This document shows, one piece after another, positions 49,161 through 58,727 of a stretch of DNA of 64,000 nt; position 1 is the first letter of the stretch, and each line of letters begins with the position of its first letter. Where the stretch lies: the NCBI GenBank assembly GCA_963704655.1, contig OY969927.1, forward strand, positions 736,001-800,000, given 5' to 3'. Source of the stretch: an uncultured Candidatus Babeliaceae bacterium. Lineage in GTDB: Bacteria; Babelota; Babeliae; Babelales; Babelaceae. The translations under genes were made by a program, and so were the position numbers. The notes under the pieces were generated by a model. The model had not been told where the DNA came from. It made no database searches and saw nothing but the letters and a program-made list of their open reading frames with translations.

Positions 49161-50084
49161 ATGAACACGATAAAAAATTTATCATTTCTTATGTTCTTTA
49201 TTACTTGTTCTACCGGACATGCTATGGAACAAATAAACATGAATATCACCACGATTTCTCGGAAAGAAGCATTAAAGAAAATCCCACCCCAGGATCGCTT
49301 TCCATTTATAGAAAGCACATTCAAACGAAATTCTTCTGAAATTACTTATCAATGTGAAGAGCCACATTTTACTATCACACTCCCAACCGGAAAATTATTC
49401 AAAAATGTAGTAGCGCTTCACCCAGTCACCGCGCAGTTTGCCGCAGAAGGGGATCCGATAGACTACAAAAGATCTTTAATTATAGGCAGTTTATTTGATG
49501 GTCGCATAAGCAAAACAGTCCCCTATCAACCTAATGTTGCGTTTGAAGAATTAAAATTCAGCCCAGATGCGCAAAAAGTTATTGGCATAAGCAATAACAT
49601 TATAATAATAATTTACTTCAATAGTTCTGCTCAAACCTTCCTATATCTTATGCGCCCCGCGCCCATAGTGACTTTTTGCACTAACCCCAGAAATGAAGAA
49701 TTGTCTTTCAGCCTTACAAACAACACTATTGAAAAATATTTACTAGATGAAGCCTTGGATAAAGCCCCGTTAGGTTATACAAAATTTAGTGGTAAATCTT
49801 GTATAACTAATCACCCAGCCAAACAGATCTGTTTTGGCCCTGATTCAGAAATTATAGGGATAAATTCATCGGGAGTTATACGCCATCTTTTTGATGATCC
49901 TGAAAAAGGTATAAACATTGAACATCACACATTCACATTCCCAGAAGAAACTCCTGGATTTGAGCATATAAAACAACTATACAATACAGGCAAAGATGAC
50001 TTTGTTTTTGTAACTCAAGATGAAGAATCCGAAACTCAATTTTTCTCATTAAAAATTACCAAAAAACATGAACCCGAAGATTAG
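49161..50084 (+). CDS. Exported beta-propeller-like hypothetical protein
   Basis: Signal peptide, FSPD motif; paralog of the next gene. Confidence 0.65.
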   Translation: MNTIKNLSFLMFFITCSTGHAMEQINMNITTISRKEALKKIPPQDRFPFIESTFKRNSSEITYQCEEPHFTITLPTGKLFKNVVALHPVTAQFAAEGDPIDYKRSLIIGSLFDGRISKTVPYQPNVAFEELKFSPDAQKVIGISNNIIIIIYFNSSAQTFLYLMRPAPIVTFCTNPRNEELSFSLTNNTIEKYLLDEALDKAPLGYTKFSGKSCITNHPAKQICFGPDSEIIGINSSGVIRHLFDDPEKGINIEHHTFTFPEETPGFEHIKQLYNTGKDDFVFVTQDEESETQFFSLKITKKHEPED

Positions 50085-50104
50085 GGGTTCAAGGCTTGAG
50101 CCCT
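50084..50104. terminator. Hairpin after stop codon
   Basis: ggggttcaa-ggc-ttgagccct; no clear U-tract. Confidence 0.4.
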
Positions 50105-50196
50105 GAATAAAAAAATTACTTGTGCACAGCGCTGGTGATTTGCTAAACTATTAACAATATTATCGATAAGGAATGAACAAAGCATAAAGGATATTT

Positions 50197-50838
50197 GTGA
50201 ATTACGTTAAAGCAGTACTCATACTTTTATCCACCGGTTCATGCTTTATAACAAACACAATGATCCCAGATGATCTTCAAATGGTTACCATTCCTGATGG
50301 CGAGGGCACTTTAAAAAAAACTTCACAGCTAGTCGCTTATCTTGCCAGCAAATCGACATCAAAACCACATATTGCCAAAAAATTTATCGGCATTGAAAAA
50401 AATACGGTATCGCTGTATTATCCAGATAAAGTGCTTGAGTTTAATTTCTCCTGTAAAATATCTTCCTGTTGCATAAGCCCGGATAATAAACGTGTTGCTT
50501 TAAGCCTTGAAGACAAAACGATTCATTCATTTCCTATGCCAGAAAATAATGCTACCGCAATTAAAACAGACATTATTAAAAGTGCAGAGCATCCGACACA
50601 CCATATCTGTTTTGGGCAAAATTCAACCCTTGTGACCATTAATCACCATGAAATTATATGCGCCACCTTTGATTCCCCAAATCCTCAACATGCTCGATTT
50701 GGATTAGAAGATTTTGACAAATTCGGACCCATCATCACCATTTGCCCGACCGATTCTCCTGATGAATTTATTGTTAGTACAAAAAAAGAAAACGAAAAAA
50801 CTCAGTATCACTCTCTGAAACTACTGCGCAAAAAATAA
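50197..50838 (+). CDS. Exported beta-propeller-like hypothetical protein
   Basis: HPTHHICFG matches HPAKQICFG of the previous gene; GTG start. Confidence 0.65.
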   Translation: MNYVKAVLILLSTGSCFITNTMIPDDLQMVTIPDGEGTLKKTSQLVAYLASKSTSKPHIAKKFIGIEKNTVSLYYPDKVLEFNFSCKISSCCISPDNKRVALSLEDKTIHSFPMPENNATAIKTDIIKSAEHPTHHICFGQNSTLVTINHHEIICATFDSPNPQHARFGLEDFDKFGPIITICPTDSPDEFIVSTKKENEKTQYHSLKLLRKK

Positions 50839-50839
50839 T

Positions 50840-51283
50840 TTATAACGGGCACGTCTTAAAATGCTGCTCGAAATCTTTTTTTATTTCTGGCGAAGTATCC
50901 CGACATAAAAATTTAATCCAAGAGCCAAAAAACGAACATGTTGATTGGGCATCACGCTCATGTTCATCTATCTGCAGCCGTCGAGAACGTTTTATAGCAA
51001 CTTGTGGAGCAAAAGTTTCTTCATGTGCCTGTTCCAAATTATTAATTTTTCTCTGTTGCGCTGCAATAACAATATCTTTTGCCGCATTTTCAGCTTTTAA
51101 CCCATCAGTTTTTCTGGCATGTTCCTGAGAAAAATAGATCCCCGTGCCAACACAGCCAACCAGAGCACCAAGAGTAAAGAGCGCAATGTGCTCAATAGCA
51201 CGCTCATCGATTTCAGCATGCACCGGCAGACACGCAAAAAAGGCAACGGTAATAAGGGACAATTTTTTATAACATTTTTCCAT
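50840..51283 (-). CDS. Signal + TM + coiled-coil hypothetical protein
   Basis: PVHA signal end, Gly-rich TM segment, heptads. Confidence 0.7.
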   Translation of the reverse strand: MEKCYKKLSLITVAFFACLPVHAEIDERAIEHIALFTLGALVGCVGTGIYFSQEHARKTDGLKAENAAKDIVIAAQQRKINNLEQAHEETFAPQVAIKRSRRLQIDEHERDAQSTCSFFGSWIKFLCRDTSPEIKKDFEQHFKTCPL

Positions 51284-51358
51284 AGAAACCTCCTCATTTC
51301 TTTATAAATACCATGAATATATATTCCAAAACAATAATGTACCCTAATTATTATAAAT

Positions 51359-51391
51359 AAAAAGGGCCAGTTATAAAACTGGCCCCTTTTT
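51359..51391. terminator. Intrinsic terminator, potentially bidirectional
   Basis: aaaaagggccagtt-ataa-aactggccccttttt. Confidence 0.8.
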
Positions 51392-51417
51392 AAAATTCAA
51401 AAGAATGTTATAGACAA

Positions 51418-51954
51418 TTAATAGTTATTGCCTTCATTGTCATCACCAAACAGTTTGACAAGTCTTTCATAGGTTTCATGAGCTTTTGATTCCATTTTAT
51501 CAAAAAGATCATTTAAAGTATGAGCTTGAACAACATCATGTGCATTATGTTTTTTAAAATCATTAAATTTGTTGCGCAAATCAGTGATATCTTTCTTGGT
51601 CGTGGCAAAAGCCTTTTTTACTTCTTCCCTGTTTGAACCATTACATGAATTTAAAGATGCATTACACGCGTTAAGTTTACTCTCTAATTCAGTCACTTTT
51701 TTTAAAAGAGCCTTATTTTCTTGACGAGGCTCTGCAAGCTTAGTTTCTAATGCAGTTATTTCTTGAGTTAACGAATCAACCTGTTGCTGGTGTCGTGATC
51801 GCAGATAAAGATTCACAGTTGCACCACCTACAACGAGACAACCAAAGCCTACAACAGCATTAACAATTAAGTCTTCTTGTGCACTTGCATGAACAGGGCT
51901 GACCACCAAACCACCTGTTAATAACAGCAATGATAATTTTTTAGATATTTGCAT
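51418..51954 (-). CDS. Signal + TM + coiled-coil hypothetical protein
   Basis: Start at ATG 51954 after RBS gagagga; PVHA signal end. Confidence 0.7.
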   Translation of the reverse strand: MQISKKLSLLLLTGGLVVSPVHASAQEDLIVNAVVGFGCLVVGGATVNLYLRSRHQQQVDSLTQEITALETKLAEPRQENKALLKKVTELESKLNACNASLNSCNGSNREEVKKAFATTKKDITDLRNKFNDFKKHNAHDVVQAHTLNDLFDKMESKAHETYERLVKLFGDDNEGNNY

Positions 51955-52036
51955 ATCGAATCCTCTCTCTTGTTGAAAATAATTAAACAATTAACAAATC
52001 ATTAAAGATTACATCGCCTGCAAATAAATAACAATA

Positions 52037-53344
52037 TCAAATATGCTGGATAATATCGCGCTGAGGGACTTTAACCTCAATACCTGTGGTCATATTTTTA
52101 ATAGTTGCCATGCCAGAGGCCTGTTCATCGGCCCCAATAAGAATAGCCCATTTTGCGCCCATTTTATCAGCAGCTTTAAACATACTTTTAATAGATGATT
52201 TATCTAAAATAATATCGGCACAGATATGTTCGGCATGAAGCATTTGCACAATCTGCAACCCTAAATTTCTTTGTTCAGCTGTTAAGGGAATAATAACTGT
52301 AAGCGCCGGTTGAGTATCATGACCAACTAAACTTTTTTGCGATTCAAGCAACAACTGTAACCGTTCAAGGCCAACAGCGGCACCGATAGACGGGTAGTCA
52401 TGTTTAGCCCCAATTTGCGTTGCAAGCGAATCATAACGGCCACCGCCACAGAAGGTGTTTTGCGCGCCCAAGCCATCAGAAGAAACAGAAACAAACTCAA
52501 AGACCGTTTTATTGTAATAGTCTAATCCGCGAACCAACGTCGGCTTAACAGAATAGGTTATAGAAAGTTCTTCAAGAATATTTTTTAGCTGTTGCCATTC
52601 AAGTGCAGATTCTTGTGCCATGGTATCAATAATAGTAGGCGCTGTTGCAAAGAGTTTGTGGCAGCTTTCCTGCTTGCAATCAAAAACACGCATAATATTA
52701 GTGTTCATGCGATGCTTACACAAATCACATAATTCTGTAATATGCTTTTCAAGAAACTTTTTAAGAACTTTTTGATATGCTGCACGGTCTTCACGCGTGC
52801 CAAGGTAATTGATTAAAAGAGCATAACCTTCAATTTTTAAAACATTCATAAAAAGGGCATCGAGCATCGCGATAAAAAGGGCATCCTGCAAAATTGAATC
52901 AGAGCCGATTATCTCCATGCTCATTTGATGAAACTGGCGATAGCGCCCTTTTTGTGGGCGTTCATGCCTAAATGCGGGCCCAACAGAAAAAACTTTCCAT
53001 GGCGTATCTTGAATGCCGGCATTAATAAATGCGCGCATAATACTTGCAGTAAGTTCGGGGCGAAGACACATTTTATCTGAATCGGCGCTAGCTGAATCGC
53101 CCCCCCGCTCATCCTGAGCTTGTCGAAGGGTTAGCGCAACGTCTGAAAGTACCCGATACATCTCCTTGCTGACAACGTCAGTTTCAAGGCCCAATGACCG
53201 CTTAAAAAGTTCAAGTGGCTCGATTAAGGGAGTGGATATTTCATGAAAATTATAATCCAAAAGATGTTTTTTTGCCTTTTGGATTATCCAATTATATAAA
53301 GAAAGATCAAGAAAATCTTGTGTACCCTTAATACGCGTAATCAT
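52037..53344 (-). CDS. hisS: Histidine-tRNA ligase with in-frame repeat insertion
   Basis: KGTQD, KEMY, LRPE.TA, FRHERPQKGRYRQF, RGLDYY, GGGRYD. Confidence 0.98.
   Translation of the reverse strand: MITRIKGTQDFLDLSLYNWIIQKAKKHLLDYNFHEISTPLIEPLELFKRSLGLETDVVSKEMYRVLSDVALTLRQAQDERGGDSASADSDKMCLRPELTASIMRAFINAGIQDTPWKVFSVGPAFRHERPQKGRYRQFHQMSMEIIGSDSILQDALFIAMLDALFMNVLKIEGYALLINYLGTREDRAAYQKVLKKFLEKHITELCDLCKHRMNTNIMRVFDCKQESCHKLFATAPTIIDTMAQESALEWQQLKNILEELSITYSVKPTLVRGLDYYNKTVFEFVSVSSDGLGAQNTFCGGGRYDSLATQIGAKHDYPSIGAAVGLERLQLLLESQKSLVGHDTQPALTVIIPLTAEQRNLGLQIVQMLHAEHICADIILDKSSIKSMFKAADKMGAKWAILIGADEQASGMATIKNMTTGIEVKVPQRDIIQHI
53105..53136 (+). repeat. Family A copy in frame in hisS
   Basis: ccgctcatcctgagcttgtcgaagggttagcg, exact reverse complement of valS 47928-47959. 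Confidence 0.95.
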
Positions 53345-53495
53345 GAACGGCCCTTGGTAAAAAATAATTTTTTAATAATTCTAGTATAGCATACTTAAGT
53401 AGTGCGCAAAAACGCACCAACTATTCTTGACTTTATCCAGGTAGACATAGTAGAACTGTTACCATACCCTATTAACCCATTCAAAAAGGAGAAGT

Positions 53496-55088
53496 ATGAA
53501 TTTCAAACAGTTAGGTTCTATAAGCCTACTTGCACTGACGGCGACCAGCAATATTTCAAGCTGGTATCAAGCAGTTTCAAGTAAAACTTATTATAGTAAT
53601 ATTCAATTGTGGGAAATTGGTAAACCAACCAAAGAAATATTCTTTAATACCGAACGCATGCAAGAACGTGAAGACGGCTGGTGCGGTGGATTTGAAATCG
53701 CAGGATATGGCGGTCAATCAACCAACTCAAGCAAACTTAATTCATACTTCATGCCTTATGGTAAATGTTCTTTAAATGTCATTGAAGGTATTCCATTAGG
53801 AACATCTCCTTGGGTTAACCCAGCAGATGGCACCACCAACCGCGATATCGAAGCACGTAACTTTAACATCGAAACAGTTAACGGCGCAAATGGGGAAGAT
53901 GGACAACAGTACATGGGTACCATCACCTTTAACCCTAAACAAACCATTGCCGGTGTCGGCTTCTGCTTTAGACAATCATTCTGGAAGGACCACCGCGGCG
54001 TACCAACAATCTGGGGCGAAATTTCATTCCCGGTTCAGTATGTAAAAAACGAAATGAACCTGTGTGAAAATGTCACCCAAACAGGCGGCGGCGCATCAGA
54101 CACTGTCGGTCTTGATAACTCACTTCACGTGGGCACCATGCAGGCTGCATTTGCACAAACAAACTGGCTCTATGGCAAAGTCGACAATAGCAAAGATCTC
54201 AGCACATGGGGCGTTGCAGATGTTGAATTACGCGTAGGCTATAACTCTATCAACACAGACTGCTGCGATTTGAATGCCTATCTTGGTGTGGTAATTCCAA
54301 GCGGAACAAAAATCGACCAATGCAATGCTGCATATATGTTTAACTCGGTAATTGGTAATAACCACCACGTTGGTATCTTATACGGTACACACTTTGGTTA
54401 TGAACTGTATGGCAAAGGCGATCATATGCTCCGCATGGAACTTGATATGTCAAGCAAATACCTTTTCTCTAACCACCAATGGCGTTCATTTGATTTAGTT
54501 GGTCAAGAATGGAGCCGTTACCTTGAAGTGTACACAGATGTAAACCAAGCAACTGCTGCTGATTCTGCAGTTCCACCACTTACTGTTAATAGTGGTACAT
54601 CTGGTATCAACGTCTTTACTCGCCGCTTACGTGTTTCACCACGTTTTGCAACCAATATCAATACCGCACTTAACTATTCATACAGATCAGTCGATTTTGA
54701 ATTTGGTTACAACTTATTCACCCGTCAAGCAGAAAAAGTTGAGTTCCCACGCAACTGTTGTGTCGATTTCCCACTTACTGTAGCGGTAAAAGATATTAAT
54801 GGTACTGGTGGCACAAATATTGCACGTACTATTAAAAATGATTTTGGCGGATCAGTTACAACTCTTGCAAACTATGCACAAAACGTTATTCAATTACCTG
54901 AATTGAATCTTGATTCTGCTGCGCACCCTGCATTAATCACCAACACTATTTATGGTGGCGTTGATTACAATACAGAATGCTGGACGGTCCCAATGTTCTT
55001 TGGTGTTGCTGGCATGTACGAATTTTGTAGCATGAACAGCTCGATTGACCGTTGGAACGTGTTAGGCAAATTCGGCATTACTTATTAA
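53496..55088 (+). CDS. Exported paralog-family protein (putative outer-membrane beta-barrel)
   Basis: Signal peptide, EARNFNI, NWLYGKVD, GNNHH, ends GKFGITY. Confidence 0.8.
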   Translation: MNFKQLGSISLLALTATSNISSWYQAVSSKTYYSNIQLWEIGKPTKEIFFNTERMQEREDGWCGGFEIAGYGGQSTNSSKLNSYFMPYGKCSLNVIEGIPLGTSPWVNPADGTTNRDIEARNFNIETVNGANGEDGQQYMGTITFNPKQTIAGVGFCFRQSFWKDHRGVPTIWGEISFPVQYVKNEMNLCENVTQTGGGASDTVGLDNSLHVGTMQAAFAQTNWLYGKVDNSKDLSTWGVADVELRVGYNSINTDCCDLNAYLGVVIPSGTKIDQCNAAYMFNSVIGNNHHVGILYGTHFGYELYGKGDHMLRMELDMSSKYLFSNHQWRSFDLVGQEWSRYLEVYTDVNQATAADSAVPPLTVNSGTSGINVFTRRLRVSPRFATNINTALNYSYRSVDFEFGYNLFTRQAEKVEFPRNCCVDFPLTVAVKDINGTGGTNIARTIKNDFGGSVTTLANYAQNVIQLPELNLDSAAHPALITNTIYGGVDYNTECWTVPMFFGVAGMYEFCSMNSSIDRWNVLGKFGITY

Positions 55089-55120
55089 TGAGTATTTTTA
55101 AAATACAAAGGAATTAATTT

Positions 55121-56974
55121 ATGAAATCGATAAAAAGTTTATTAACCTTGTGGTGCTGCTTAATTGCAGCACCATTTGCACTCGATGCAAAGGTTCTGAC
55201 TACAGCGCAAGCTCAGGCAAACCTTGATACCGCAATTGCGGCATTTAAAAAAGATCAAACAAACCCAGCGCTTGCACAACAAGTACTTAACAGTTACGCA
55301 CCTATTCAAGGCGCTCAAATAAAAGCTAATGCTGATGCAAAACTTAAAAAAGAGCTGGGCAAAACTATTAAACAAGTAGAGCAAATAGTCACAGGAGCAA
55401 AAGCTGCTGAGATTAAAAAATCTACACCTGGAATAAGCACCTCTGATGCCGCAGCTGAAGCTGAGGTACAAGAAATTATGGTACTAGCAAAAAACCTTCT
55501 TGATAACTATGATGATCAAGGAATAAATTCTGCAACTTTAAATGATATTAATGAATATTATGCTGCATTAACCGAACTCAGCAAACGAATTGATGGCTCT
55601 CCTTACAAAGCTAAGCTTGCAGAAACTCAAAATAAACTTAATGCACAACTTTCTAAGGTAACAATAAGAATAGCAACACTTTCAGTGCCTGCGCCTACAG
55701 CAGCGCCTGCAATACCTGCAGGAGCGCCAGTAGCACCTCCAGCAGCACCTGCAGCAATACCCGCAGCACCTCCTGCACCTCCAGTACCAGCAGCAGCAGC
55801 TCCAGGAAAAGGCAAGTCTGATTATCAAATTGAACTTGCAAGAATAAAACCATTAGTTAAGGCTGCATATGATAAAGCTCTAGATGTAATCAAAAAATAT
55901 GAAACGGCTAACGCCTCCAACTTTAATCAAGGCTTAGGCTCAGTTTCAACTACACGATGGGCAACTCAGCTTGAAAAAGAAAATGCATTACAACTTATTG
56001 CTGAAGTCAAAAAACTTATCTCAGAAATAACTGCATTAGTTAATAAAGTTGACACGAAGTTCAACGGAAACTTATACGATATGATGCATACTAGCGATAT
56101 TTACATTGACTGCATCGTAAAAGCTGATAGAGACAAAGAAGCTGAGCAATGGAAAGAACAAAAAGCTGATTTACTCAGCTTTATTGCTAGGTACAATTCA
56201 GATGTTGCTGGAGTTGAAAAACTGGAAACCGCAATAAATGCATATACACCAAAAGGTACCATTCAGCGTCCTGAGATAATTAGCAAATACACCGAGCCAG
56301 CTCTTAAAAAAGTAGAAGATATAAACTCGTTATACAACCAAGTTTCCAAACTTAATTTTGTTACAAAATACTCAGTTACCGCATATGCTTCAAAAGACCA
56401 AACAGAAGAGGCTCTGAAAAAAATAGCGCAGATACGTAAGCTCAATGATGAAATACCTGTAATATTAGAACCTCTAGACAAAGCTAATGCTCATAAACCA
56501 TTTAATCAATTCTTAACAGGTGATTACTTCCGTAGTCTTATCACGGCAGATGAAAATCTACGTCCTGATGAATATAAACAACAAGAAAAAGAGCTCCAAG
56601 ATAAACTAAACACCTACGAAAAAGCAATGAAAGCACTTGATGGTTTAGAGAAAGATGCTAACCAACGCTTGCAAAATATTGCTGCTGATGAAGCTGCCAA
56701 AAAAGGCGCTCCAGTAGCACCCCCAGCACCTCCAGTAGCAACAGCACCAGCAGCGGGCAAAGTTACCGTTAAAGGCATTGAGGTCAGTGATGAAATGTTC
56801 AAAAGCGATGATGCTGCAGAAGTTTCACGTAAATTAGGTGAGCTAGCTGATGAAGATATAAAAGCGCATAAAGGACAAATTATAAAAGCACTAACCGATA
56901 AAATTAGCGCAACAAGTGACCAAGTTCAAAAAGAACTCATTCAGAAAGAATTAGCTGAAATTGAAAAAATATAG
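55121..56974 (+). CDS. Exported helical protein with Pro/Ala-rich linkers
   Basis: Signal peptide; two GAPVAPP-containing tracts. Confidence 0.8.
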   Translation: MKSIKSLLTLWCCLIAAPFALDAKVLTTAQAQANLDTAIAAFKKDQTNPALAQQVLNSYAPIQGAQIKANADAKLKKELGKTIKQVEQIVTGAKAAEIKKSTPGISTSDAAAEAEVQEIMVLAKNLLDNYDDQGINSATLNDINEYYAALTELSKRIDGSPYKAKLAETQNKLNAQLSKVTIRIATLSVPAPTAAPAIPAGAPVAPPAAPAAIPAAPPAPPVPAAAAPGKGKSDYQIELARIKPLVKAAYDKALDVIKKYETANASNFNQGLGSVSTTRWATQLEKENALQLIAEVKKLISEITALVNKVDTKFNGNLYDMMHTSDIYIDCIVKADRDKEAEQWKEQKADLLSFIARYNSDVAGVEKLETAINAYTPKGTIQRPEIISKYTEPALKKVEDINSLYNQVSKLNFVTKYSVTAYASKDQTEEALKKIAQIRKLNDEIPVILEPLDKANAHKPFNQFLTGDYFRSLITADENLRPDEYKQQEKELQDKLNTYEKAMKALDGLEKDANQRLQNIAADEAAKKGAPVAPPAPPVATAPAAGKVTVKGIEVSDEMFKSDDAAEVSRKLGELADEDIKAHKGQIIKALTDKISATSDQVQKELIQKELAEIEKI

Positions 56975-56999
56975 ATTCCAGTGACTTAAGGAAAAAAAA

Positions 57000-57443
57000 A
57001 TGAACTATAAATTATTTTTTTTATGCTTCCTCTTTTTCAGAGCATACTCAGATTATACCGCTCTTCAGCTTTTCTTGCTTGCAACAAATCCTAATGATGC
57101 TGCTGCAATTTATGCAAATATTAAACCTGAAGAGCTCAGCAAAAGTCGCCCTGGGAAATCGAAAGCGGCTACTCCCGAAGTTCAGGCAGCTATTCAAAAA
57201 AAACCTGCTGGCGGCGGCGCTGCTCCGGCTGATTGCTTAACAAAAGAAGATCTTAAAGCCATTGAAGCAAAATATGGCACGCTGCCTACTAATGTTAACA
57301 CTCCTGCTTTAGCAAAAGCTGCATTAGTTGAAATCGCCAAACCAGGAAATACGCTTGGCCAATTATTAGGAGAAATCTGCCAAAATTCAAAAGACGCAGA
57401 TGATGTTAGAGAGGCAATAGGTAAAATTACACCCAAGGCGTAA
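57000..57443 (+). CDS. Hypothetical exported protein
   Basis: 147-aa ORF with RBS and hydrophobic N-terminus. Confidence 0.7.
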   Translation: MNYKLFFLCFLFFRAYSDYTALQLFLLATNPNDAAAIYANIKPEELSKSRPGKSKAATPEVQAAIQKKPAGGGAAPADCLTKEDLKAIEAKYGTLPTNVNTPALAKAALVEIAKPGNTLGQLLGEICQNSKDADDVREAIGKITPKA

Positions 57444-57458
57444 ACAACAATTTTAACC

Positions 57459-57493
57459 GGCGAGGGCTCAGGCAACTGGGCTCTCGCCTTTTT
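57459..57493 (+). terminator. Intrinsic terminator
   Basis: ggcgagggctcag-gcaa-ctgggctctcgcc-ttttt. Confidence 0.85.
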
Positions 57494-57524
57494 GTAGAAA
57501 AATTTATACATAAGGGGAAAAGAG

Positions 57525-58382
57525 ATGTTAAAAGAGTTTATGGCGCTGAGTCTTTTTACTCATGGGATATTAGAACAGTTAAGATTAGAAAAGTTAAAGA
57601 CACCTGCAGCGGTTCCTACAACAACAGCATCAGCAGTTGTTTCTGTAGAGTCCATCAAGCAAAAAATTAATGCGGGGCAAATCTTAAATAGTGATGAAAT
57701 TTATGATTTATTAGATTTCATTGATGAAGCGGGAAAATCACGACAAGAATTGGTAGAAAATCTTAGCATATTGGAAAAGCTTGAAGCACTTCTTCTTAAA
57801 AACAAGATTGACACCTATAATAAATCAATAACTGGAATTAAAAATGGTATACGTGCTGATATGCAAATTCTTGAAAGAAAAGAAGGCCTACAAGGCTTAG
57901 CCAAAAAGCCCGTTAGCGAGCCTCTGACAAAAGAGGAAATAGAAAAAGAGCTGAGCTCGATGAAGCCAGAAGAGCGTGCTGCATTATTAAAAGAACTTGG
58001 TATATCAGAAGAAGAAGCTAGTGCAACAAAAGTTCAACCTGCACCTGGACTAGAAGAACTTTTAAAACCTGCGCAAGCCACACCAGGCGTTGTAACTCGC
58101 ACACAGCCACAACAAAAAATCGATCTATCAACTAAAACCGATGCTGATTTACGTAAAATCCAAAATGATCTGTTAGATGGCCTTAAAGGGCAAGACAAAG
58201 ACGCATTTATTGAAAATAATCGTGAAATGGCAATAGCTTTGCGTAAAGTATATTCAGAAAAGGCAAAAAAAGTTAAAGAGGCGTTAAAAACTTCTGAGGG
58301 AGAAAAGCAAATAAAGCTTACAGTTCAGAAAAATAAATTGGAAGAAACAATACGCGATATAAGTCAAGGCTTCAAATTATAA
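57525..58382 (+). CDS. Hypothetical Lys/Glu-rich helical protein
   Basis: 285-aa ORF, RBS aagggg. Confidence 0.75.
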   Translation: MLKEFMALSLFTHGILEQLRLEKLKTPAAVPTTTASAVVSVESIKQKINAGQILNSDEIYDLLDFIDEAGKSRQELVENLSILEKLEALLLKNKIDTYNKSITGIKNGIRADMQILERKEGLQGLAKKPVSEPLTKEEIEKELSSMKPEERAALLKELGISEEEASATKVQPAPGLEELLKPAQATPGVVTRTQPQQKIDLSTKTDADLRKIQNDLLDGLKGQDKDAFIENNREMAIALRKVYSEKAKKVKEALKTSEGEKQIKLTVQKNKLEETIRDISQGFKL

Positions 58383-58406
58383 TATAACGTGCCTTTAATT
58401 ACTCAA

Positions 58407-58595
58407 TCCTTCGATACATTTTGCTTGCGCAAAACACTCAGGATGCACGGATTAAAGGCCCGCTCACCCAGAGTACTTCGATGCAGTTCATCCTGAGTAA
58501 AATAGTGCGTAAACGCACCAATCGAAGGGCTCAGTATAAACTTCGTCGAGTCGCCTGTCAGCCGCCGCTCATCCTGAGCCTGTCGAAGGGTTGCG
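58407..58595. repeat. Largest family A cluster (about four units, partly nested), intergenic
   Basis: tccttcgatac..actcaggatgcacgg; ccgctcacccagag..[ttcatcctgag..tcgaaggg]..gtcgag; gccgctcatcctgagcctgtcgaaggg. Confidence 0.88.
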
Positions 58596-58727
58596 CAGGC
58601 TGGAAAGGGTTGGGGATATATTGGTATTATAAGTATAAATTAGGGAGTTTTGACTAGAGGGCCATTCAGTTTCTTTAAAAGCTAGTAAAAAGTGTAACCA
58701 TATGTTCTAAAAAAAAAGGAAGAATTT

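Noticed and set aside
58421-58657. 78-aa ORF
   Set aside because: Consists of repeat sequence with a TTG start; likely spurious.
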